Positions 18,606 through 25,020 of a stretch of 25,020 nucleotides of DNA are shown one piece after another (within the stretch, counting starts at the first letter, position 1; each line of letters starts with the position of its first letter). Both the position numbers and the translations under genes were made by a program. The notes under the pieces were generated by a model that did no database searches, had not been told where the DNA came from, and saw nothing but the letters and a program-made list of their open reading frames with translations. Origin of the DNA: Phycisphaerales bacterium (lineage in GTDB: Bacteria; Planctomycetota; Phycisphaerae; WQYP01); NCBI GenBank assembly GCA_027451365.1, contig DAIDJN010000072.1, positions 1 through 25,020 of the forward strand, in the 5' to 3' direction.

Positions 18606-18823
18606 TTTTCCACCGCCGGCCGGTTTATCCGCATTCGTCCGTATTTAAAAGCTGTTTCCCATGTATCCACTCGAAATTGAATGAGGGTGTTTGGCGGCGT
18701 TGGCTTGCAGCTTTTATCCGTCACGCTAATCTTTTGTAGGGAACGCGGTCTGCGGCAGCCTTTCAACCGGCCGGAGTTGGCTGCCGGCGTTGGACTTGCG
18801 ATTCCCGCGGTAAAGGAGTCTGT

Positions 18824-19729
18824 ATGGCGTTGACATGGCATGGTGTCATTCCGGCGGTCTGCACACAATTCGGAAATGATGGAGCGTTGGATATATCGGC
18901 CACATTGGCCCATATTGATATAATGATAGATGCTGGCGTTCATGGCCTGGTGATGCTGGGAACGGTTGGCGAAAATTGCTCGCTGGAAGTGCCGGAAAAA
19001 CTGGAACTTCTGTCGCAAACCACGCGGCATGTCGCCGGGCGGGTACCGGTTATTTCCGGCGTCGCGGAATATACCACGAAACAGGCCTGCCGCGCAGCCG
19101 GGCAAGCCGTGGAGGCGGGTGTGGACGGCCTGATGGTTCTGCCGGCCATGGTGTATAAAAGCGACCGTCGCGAAACAGTGGCACACTTCCGGGCCATTGC
19201 GCGAGCCACCGACCGCCCGATGCTGGTGTACAACAATCCGGTCACCTATGGGGTCGATATGCATCCGGAAACCTTTCTGGAACTGGCCGATCTTCCAATG
19301 GTGGAGGCCATTAAGGAATCATCCGAGAATCCGCGACGGATAACGGATATATATAATACCTGCGGCGAGCGGTTCAAATTGCTTTGCGGCGTGGACGATC
19401 TGGTACTGGAAAGCCACGCGCTGGGGGCCTGCGGCTGGATTTCCGGCCTGGTCAATGCGTTTCCGCGAGAGTCCTGTTATTTCTGGAAGTTGCTGATGGC
19501 CGGGGACCTGGCCAAAGCCCGGACCATTTACCGGTGGTACACGCCGCTGCTGCATCTGGATACGCATGTCAAGCTGGTGCAGTACATTAAACTGGTTGCG
19601 GCGGAATGCGGATATGGTACGGAACTGGTTCGCCCGCCGCGGTTGCCGCTGGTGGGCCGCGAGCGTGAACAGATCATTGCCCTGACGCGCGCGGCGATCG
19701 CCAGTCGGCCCCAGGTTCCAATCAATTAA
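18824..19729 (+). CDS. Dihydrodipicolinate synthase-family protein, probable 1-pyrroline-4-hydroxy-2-carboxylate deaminase (LhpC-like)
   Basis: AAGGAG RBS; WHGVIPA, LGTVGE, YNNPVTYG, Schiff-base Lys in IKESS, GVDDL, KLVQYIKL. Sits in an operon with a Hyp epimerase. Confidence 0.88.
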   Translation: MALTWHGVIPAVCTQFGNDGALDISATLAHIDIMIDAGVHGLVMLGTVGENCSLEVPEKLELLSQTTRHVAGRVPVISGVAEYTTKQACRAAGQAVEAGVDGLMVLPAMVYKSDRRETVAHFRAIARATDRPMLVYNNPVTYGVDMHPETFLELADLPMVEAIKESSENPRRITDIYNTCGERFKLLCGVDDLVLESHALGACGWISGLVNAFPRESCYFWKLLMAGDLAKARTIYRWYTPLLHLDTHVKLVQYIKLVAAECGYGTELVRPPRLPLVGREREQIIALTRAAIASRPQVPIN

Positions 19730-19754
19730 TTCAGAACAAACAAAGGCGATCACC

Positions 19755-21137
19755 ATGGATAACCATCCGTCACGCAATGCGCAATTGCGATTCCAGAAAG
19801 ATTTTTCCGCCGCGGAACTGCGCGACCGCCGTGCGCGTCTGATGCGTTCGCTGGGCACCGGGCATGCATTTCTGGCGGGTGCCGGCGCAGTTCGCGGATT
19901 CGACCCGTTCCGCCAGGACAACGACTTTTATTACCTGACCGGGGTGGAAGTGCCCCATGCCTATCTGCTGCTGGACAACGCCGCCGGCAAAGAGACACTT
20001 TATCTGCCCGATCGTGATGCGGCGCGTGAAAAGGCGGACGGTCCGGAACTTTCGGCGCAGGATGCGGATTTTGTCCGCCAGATGGCGGGTCTGGACGAAG
20101 TGCGTCCTTTAGCCGCGCTTCGGCAGGATTTGAAAAAGCCTGAAATATTTTTCACTCCACGGGCGTTCCCGGAAGGATATCGGCAGTGTCAGGATACCCT
20201 TCGCGCCTGGCACCGCGCGACCGGTGAAGATCCGCTGGCATGCCAGACCACGCCTCAGACGCACTTGCTGTCTGAACTTTCGCAATTGAATCCGCAGGCG
20301 ACCTTCCGCAATCTTTCGCCGGTGCTCGAACAGCATCGCCTGATTAAAAGTCCCGCGGAAATTGAGTTGCTGCGCCGCAGTTCCGCGCTGACCGCGTTGG
20401 CTTGCACCCATGCCATGATGTGCACGCGCCCCGGTCTGTTTGAATATCACCTTGCGGCGACGGCCGATTATATTTTCGGCATCAATGGGGCGCAAGGGGC
20501 GGGCTACAGGCCGATTATTGCAACCGGCGCCAATATTTGGATGATGCACTATTGGCGGAATAACGCGCTTCTGCAGAACGGCGAACTGGTGATCTTTGAT
20601 TATGCGCCGGATTTTAACGGTTATACGTCGGATATTGGCCGCATGTGGCCGGTGAACGGCGTGTATTCACCCGTACAGCGCGAGCTTTACGGCTTTGTGC
20701 TTCAATACCATGACATTTTGCTTTCGCTTATCCGGGCGGGCCGAAGCGCGTCCCAAATTCTGGCCGAAGCGGCGGCTAAAATGCGGCCGATTCTGGAAGA
20801 CTGGCCGTGGAGCAAACCTGTTTACAAACATGGGGCGCTGAAACTTCTGGAATCGCGCCGGCCGCTGTCCCACGGTGTGGGAATGGCAGTACATGAATCA
20901 GGCCGATATGGCGATGAGCCATTAAAGCCGGGTCTGGTATTTGCGGTTGATCCGGAACTGGTGATTCCGGAAGAGGAGCTTTATATTCGCGTGGAAGACA
21001 CCGTGGTCGTGACGGATCATGGGCATGAAAACCTCACCGTCGGCTGTCCGCGGGAAATGGACGAAGTTGAAAAGCTAATTGGCACATCGCGACTGCTTGA
21101 AATTGCCGGGCCGGTGATGGAAAACCCGGGTCGCTGA
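19755..21137 (+). CDS. Xaa-Pro aminopeptidase family protein (M24B)
   Basis: FRQDNDFYYLTG N-domain, RLIKSPAEI hinge, metal-ligand motifs FDYAPDFNGYTSDIGR, SHGVGMAVHE, FAVDPE, IRVEDTV. Confidence 0.9.
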   Translation: MDNHPSRNAQLRFQKDFSAAELRDRRARLMRSLGTGHAFLAGAGAVRGFDPFRQDNDFYYLTGVEVPHAYLLLDNAAGKETLYLPDRDAAREKADGPELSAQDADFVRQMAGLDEVRPLAALRQDLKKPEIFFTPRAFPEGYRQCQDTLRAWHRATGEDPLACQTTPQTHLLSELSQLNPQATFRNLSPVLEQHRLIKSPAEIELLRRSSALTALACTHAMMCTRPGLFEYHLAATADYIFGINGAQGAGYRPIIATGANIWMMHYWRNNALLQNGELVIFDYAPDFNGYTSDIGRMWPVNGVYSPVQRELYGFVLQYHDILLSLIRAGRSASQILAEAAAKMRPILEDWPWSKPVYKHGALKLLESRRPLSHGVGMAVHESGRYGDEPLKPGLVFAVDPELVIPEEELYIRVEDTVVVTDHGHENLTVGCPREMDEVEKLIGTSRLLEIAGPVMENPGR

Positions 21138-21220
21138 TTTTGCACCCAGGCGAGCCTTGGAACGGTCTGGGGAAAAGCGGCTTAATGCTGGGATCGGATG
21201 AAAATAATATGGATATCAAC

Positions 21221-22159
21221 ATGCGGGAAATTCAGGTGATTGATACCCACACCGGCGGTGAGCCGACACGCGTCGTGATTTCCGGTGGTCCGCCGCTGGG
21301 AAATGGGCCGGTATCGGAAAAACTCGCGGTTTTCGCCCGACAGTATGACGCATTCCGCAGCGCAGTGGTGAATGAGCCGCGCGGTTCAGATGTGATGGTA
21401 GGCGCGTTGCTGGTGGAACCGGCGGACACAACCTGCTTCTGCGGTGTGATATTCTTCAACAACGTGGGCTATCTGGGCATGTGCGGCCACGGAACCATGG
21501 GCGTGGCGGCGGCCCTTGGCCATCTTGGAAGGATTACCGCGGGCCAATACTGCCTGGAAACGCCGGTTGGAATTGTGCGGTTTGCCTACGACGGCAAGCA
21601 CGCGGTGCGTCTGGAAAATGTTCCGGCCTACCGTTATGCCAAAGCCGTTGAATTAAATGTTCCCGGTGTGGGCAAGGTGGTGGGCGATGTGGCATGGGGC
21701 GGAAACTGGTTTTTTCTTGTCGATTGTCCAACCGAGCAATATACGCCGGCCAATCTGGAAAAGCTTACAGATATTTCCTGGCGGATACGGCAGGCTCTGG
21801 AAAATGCCGGCGTTACCGGGGCGGATCATGCGGTGATTGATCATGTTGAGTTATTCGGGCCGCCACAGGATCCGGTCAACAACAGCCGCAACTTCGTACT
21901 TTGTCCGGGGCGCGCCTATGACCGTTCGCCCTGTGGAACAGGCACAAGCGCCAAACTCGCCTGTCTGTTTGCCGACGGGAAAATCCAACCGGGTCAGGTC
22001 TGGCGGCAGGAAAGCATTCTGGGCAGTCTGTTTGAAGGATCGGTGGCCAGTGTCGATGGACGGATTATTCCGGTTGTTTCCGGCAGCGCTTTTGTCAATG
22101 GCCGCGCAACTCTTCTGCTGGACGCCGCAGATCCTTTCATGATGGGAATTCGGCCTTGA
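21221..22159 (+). CDS. 4-hydroxyproline 2-epimerase (proline racemase family, LhpA-like)
   Basis: IDTHTGGEPTR, EPRG, GVIFFNNVGYLGMCGHG and YDRSPCGTGTSA with both catalytic Cys, DVAWGGNWF. Start 21221 is likely; ORF extends to 21140. Confidence 0.92.
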   Translation: MREIQVIDTHTGGEPTRVVISGGPPLGNGPVSEKLAVFARQYDAFRSAVVNEPRGSDVMVGALLVEPADTTCFCGVIFFNNVGYLGMCGHGTMGVAAALGHLGRITAGQYCLETPVGIVRFAYDGKHAVRLENVPAYRYAKAVELNVPGVGKVVGDVAWGGNWFFLVDCPTEQYTPANLEKLTDISWRIRQALENAGVTGADHAVIDHVELFGPPQDPVNNSRNFVLCPGRAYDRSPCGTGTSAKLACLFADGKIQPGQVWRQESILGSLFEGSVASVDGRIIPVVSGSAFVNGRATLLLDAADPFMMGIRP

Positions 22160-23301
22160 ACGCATCAGGAAAAAGGGTGATTGTTGTCGGGGCGGGAATT
22201 GTAGGCGCGGCCTGCGCGTGGGCACTTGTCCGTGGCGGACATCGCGTAACGGTGCTGGACAGCCAGTCTCCTGGTTCCGGGGCAACCGCTGCCGGTATGG
22301 GCCATATTGTGGTGATGGATGATTCGTCTGCCCAACTGCAATTGACGCGCTATTCCCAGGAGCTTTGGCGACAAATGGCTCCGCAGTTGCCCGCGGCGGC
22401 GGAATATGTTCAATCCGGCACATTATGGCTGGCCGCGGATACCACGGAAATGGAACTGGCGGAAAAAAAAGCGGCTTTGTACCAAAGTTTTCACATTGCC
22501 GCACGGATGATTGCACCGGCGGAACTTTCCACCCTGGAGCCACATTTGCGGCCGGGCCTGGCTGGGGCGTTGCTGGTGCCGACGGATGCGGTGGTTTATT
22601 CACCTGTAGCCGCGGCTTGGATGATCGATCAGGTGCGCTGTGGCGGTGGCAAAATTATAATCGGCGCGCCGGTGACCGGTCTGGCATCAGGCCGCGTCGA
22701 ATGCGCCGATGGCGAAACGCTGGAAGCCGACGCGATTGTGGTTGCGACCGGAACCGCCATTTCCAGGCTTTTACCGGAATTGCCCGTGCGATCGCGTAAG
22801 GGGCATCTGGTGATAACCGACCGCTATCCGGGCTTTGTAAAACATCAACTGGTGGAACTTGGCTATCTGAAAAGCGCCCATGCAACGGATGCGGATTCCG
22901 TGGCATTCAATATTCAGCCGCGAGCCACTGGCCAATTGTTGATCGGGTCTTCCCGACAATATGGCGACGAGTCACGGCAAGTGAATCACGAGATTGTTCG
23001 TGCGATGCTCCGGCGGGCCTTTTCACTTATGCCGGACCTTTCCGGACTTGCCGCCTTGCGAACTTGGACCGGGTTTCGCGCCGCATCGCCGGACCATCTT
23101 CCAATCATTGGCGCGATCACCGGCCGACCGGGAATATATGCGGCGGGCGGCCATGAAGGGCTGGGAATCACCACAAGTCTTGGAACCGCGATGCTGCTTG
23201 CCGATATGATCGCCGAAAATCGGACACAGATAGATGCGGAACCCTATCTGCCGGCGCGATTCGAAAATGCCGGTCAGTTGCCGGAGGCCGCAAATGGCTG
23301 A
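22156..23301 (+). CDS. FAD-dependent D-amino acid oxidase-family protein, probable D-hydroxyproline dehydrogenase catalytic subunit (LhpB-like)
   Basis: GAGIVG Rossmann motif, GATAAGMGHIVVMDD, RKGHLVITDRYP, HQLVELGY, GHEGLGITTS. TTG start overlaps the epimerase stop. Confidence 0.9.
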   Translation: MNASGKRVIVVGAGIVGAACAWALVRGGHRVTVLDSQSPGSGATAAGMGHIVVMDDSSAQLQLTRYSQELWRQMAPQLPAAAEYVQSGTLWLAADTTEMELAEKKAALYQSFHIAARMIAPAELSTLEPHLRPGLAGALLVPTDAVVYSPVAAAWMIDQVRCGGGKIIIGAPVTGLASGRVECADGETLEADAIVVATGTAISRLLPELPVRSRKGHLVITDRYPGFVKHQLVELGYLKSAHATDADSVAFNIQPRATGQLLIGSSRQYGDESRQVNHEIVRAMLRRAFSLMPDLSGLAALRTWTGFRAASPDHLPIIGAITGRPGIYAAGGHEGLGITTSLGTAMLLADMIAENRTQIDAEPYLPARFENAGQLPEAANG

Positions 23302-23542
23302 AACCGTAACGATTCAGGTCAACGGCCGGGCGGTGACGGCCGGACAGGGCATGTCTCTGGCCGCGGTATTGATGAACATGGGCATTTCCAGCTTTGGTGG
23401 GTCGGTTTCCGGCGAGCCGCGCGGCCCGCTGTGCGGAATGGGAATCTGCATGGCCTGCCGTGTGGCTGTGGACGGTACCGAAGCGGTGAAAAGCTGTCAG
23501 ACCATTGTGCGCGAAGGAATGCAGGTGACCGTACATGCATGA
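23294..23542 (+). CDS. [2Fe-2S] ferredoxin-like subunit of D-hydroxyproline dehydrogenase (LhpF/HcnA-like)
   Basis: GGAGG RBS before ATG 23294; SVSGEPRGPLCGMGICMACRVAVDG...SCQT with four Cys. Overlaps both neighbours. Confidence 0.88.
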   Translation: MAETVTIQVNGRAVTAGQGMSLAAVLMNMGISSFGGSVSGEPRGPLCGMGICMACRVAVDGTEAVKSCQTIVREGMQVTVHA

Positions 23543-24806
23543 TTCTTTTATTGAAACATACACATGTGATGTATTAGTAGTGGGTGGCGGTCCGGCCGGC
23601 ATTGCGGCGGCATGTGTGGCCGACACCGCCGGTGCCAAGGTTATTCTTGTGGACGATAACAGTGCCGCCGGCGGTCAGATATGGCGCACCCGGCGACGAC
23701 ATCCACAGGCTGGCGAGGCCGGAGAATGGCTTGAGCGTCTGGCGGGTTGCGGGGTTCAAACACTTTTTGGCTGGCGGATTGTGGCCATGCCTGAACCGCG
23801 ACTTTTTCTGGCGGAAGGCAAGGACGGCGTGCGATTTCTGCGATGCCGAAAATTGATTCTGGCCACGGGTGCCCGCGAACTGTTCCTGCCCTTTCCTGGC
23901 TGGACACTGCCGGGTGTGGTCGGTGCCGGTGCCATACAGGCGTTGACCAAAAGCGGCTTGAATGTGCGTGCCAAACGGGTGCTGCTGGCCGGTACCGGTC
24001 CGCTGTTGCTTGCAGTGGCCGCGCATCTGACCCATGCCGGAGCGGTGGTGCCATTTATTGCGGAACAGGCTTCCGCGGCAAGCCTGCGGCGCTTCGCGTT
24101 GAGTCTGGCGGGTCGGCCAGGCAAGCTTGTGCAGGCCATGCGGTTATGGCGGCGTATTCGACCACTTCGTTTATATCCGGACAGTTGGCCGCTGCAGGTG
24201 GAACAAAGGGAAAATGGACTGCGGGTGGTCGTGCGGATTGGCGTAAAAGACAATATTCAGGATGTGGATTACCTTGCATGCGGATTCGGATTGGTACCCA
24301 ACAGTGAATTAGCCGCGCTGGTCGGCTGCGATATTCTGCCCGAAGGCTTCGTACAAGTGAATGCGGCCCAGTGCACGAGCATTGAATGGATTTACGCAGC
24401 CGGCGAATTAACCGGCATAGGTGGAGTCGACAAGAGCCTTACGGAGGGACAGGTGGCAGGTCGGTCCGCGGTTGGCCAATCGGCGGATGCGACGCTTCTA
24501 AAAAAGCGAAACAGCTCGCTGAGGTTTGCCACAATGCTGGCGAAAACGTTTGCGATTCGGTCTGAAATCCGCCATCTTGCCCAGGCGGACACGATTGTCT
24601 GTCGATGTGAAGATATTTTATTGGGCGCGTTGCATCATCGGACCGATTCACGGGAGATCAAACTTCAAACGCGGTGTGGCATGGGGCCGTGCCAGGGACG
24701 CATTTGCGGGCCGATTCTGCGGACCCTTGCGCTGCCAGATAAAATGCCGGTTCGTCCGCCGATTCAACCGTGCCGATTGCAAACGCTGGCCGCGGATCCC
24801 AAGTAG
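23535..24806 (+). CDS. NAD(P)/FAD-dependent oxidoreductase, probable D-hydroxyproline dehydrogenase large subunit (LhpE/HcnB-like)
   Basis: VVGGGPAG, GGQIWR, ILATGARELFLPFPGWTLPGV, AGTGPLL, YAAGE, and C-terminal BFD-like Cys cluster VCRCE...TRCGMGPCQGRICG. Confidence 0.9.
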   Translation: MHDSFIETYTCDVLVVGGGPAGIAAACVADTAGAKVILVDDNSAAGGQIWRTRRRHPQAGEAGEWLERLAGCGVQTLFGWRIVAMPEPRLFLAEGKDGVRFLRCRKLILATGARELFLPFPGWTLPGVVGAGAIQALTKSGLNVRAKRVLLAGTGPLLLAVAAHLTHAGAVVPFIAEQASAASLRRFALSLAGRPGKLVQAMRLWRRIRPLRLYPDSWPLQVEQRENGLRVVVRIGVKDNIQDVDYLACGFGLVPNSELAALVGCDILPEGFVQVNAAQCTSIEWIYAAGELTGIGGVDKSLTEGQVAGRSAVGQSADATLLKKRNSSLRFATMLAKTFAIRSEIRHLAQADTIVCRCEDILLGALHHRTDSREIKLQTRCGMGPCQGRICGPILRTLALPDKMPVRPPIQPCRLQTLAADPK

Positions 24807-24829
24807 TGTCTCTTCTGATACAGATTGAC

Positions 24830-24858
24830 ACTCCTCAAGGGTGATTTTGAGGAGTTTT
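24830..24858 (+). terminator. Candidate intrinsic terminator (or operator) after the Hyp operon
   Basis: Perfect 9-bp stem ACTCCTCAA (24830-24838) / TTGAGGAGT (24847-24855) with an 8-nt loop and a short T run, 23 nt after the stop codon. The U-tract is weak. Confidence 0.45.
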
Positions 24859-25020
24859 AGAGTGCAATTGCGTACAATCAAGGTGTCCGTATTACGAACT
24901 GCGTCTACCCTATTATTTCCGGATTTGGATAATAGGCGTGCATGAGAAGTCCGCCGTTATTTCGGCTCTGTCAGCAGGACGCTTTTGTTTTCCGCCAGTT
25001 GCCTGTGTTTCCAGGCGTCC

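Noticed and set aside
18296..19264. 322-aa minus-strand ORF and the many other long antisense ORFs in the track
   Set aside because: They shadow well-supported genes on the opposite strand, as expected in GC-rich DNA, and show no motifs.
18824..19729. dapA (lysine biosynthesis)
   Set aside because: Has LGTVGE rather than GTTGE and lies in a Hyp epimerase/dehydrogenase operon.
15471..24806. Functional coupling of sucCD with the Hyp operon through 2-oxoglutarate
   Set aside because: Metabolically tidy, but a separate 218-nt promoter-sized gap and an unrelated gene intervene; adjacency alone is not evidence.
22156..24806. Hydrogen cyanide synthase hcnABC or opine oxidase
   Set aside because: Homologous subunits, but translational coupling to a Hyp epimerase favours D-hydroxyproline dehydrogenase.
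24825..24868. CIRCE (HrcA) element or sigma-70 promoter at TTGACA
   Set aside because: CIRCE-like half-sites are 26 nt apart instead of 9, and no -10 hexamer lies 16-18 nt after TTGACA.

Overview
Gene-dense, moderately GC-rich bacterial window. A Gram-negative-type, probably Planctomycetota/Phycisphaerae-like host is inferred from the PEP-CTERM-type protein, outer-membrane factor and Tat-exported glycosidase; this is not verified. In order: (1) the broken 3' end of a GH57 alpha-amylase-like gene; (2) a MarR-type regulator leading a tripartite MacAB-TolC-type ABC efflux operon; (3) a secreted protein with a variant PEP-CTERM tail; (4) on the minus strand, a ChbG/HpnK deacetylase, a 3D-domain protein with a highly structured leader, a Tat-exported GH106 glycosidase and a pectate-lyase-3/GH55-like beta-helix protein; (5) sucCD followed by an Fpg/Nei homologue lacking the canonical catalytic N-terminus; (6) a 4-hydroxyproline catabolic operon (deaminase, Xaa-Pro peptidase, epimerase, three-subunit dehydrogenase). 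No rRNA, tRNA, CRISPR array or mobile element was recognised. Best leads are the candidate two-state RNA switch upstream of the 3D gene, the apparent Nei pseudo-enzyme, and the peptidase embedded in the Hyp operon. All calls come from reading motifs by eye, without database searches or folding software.
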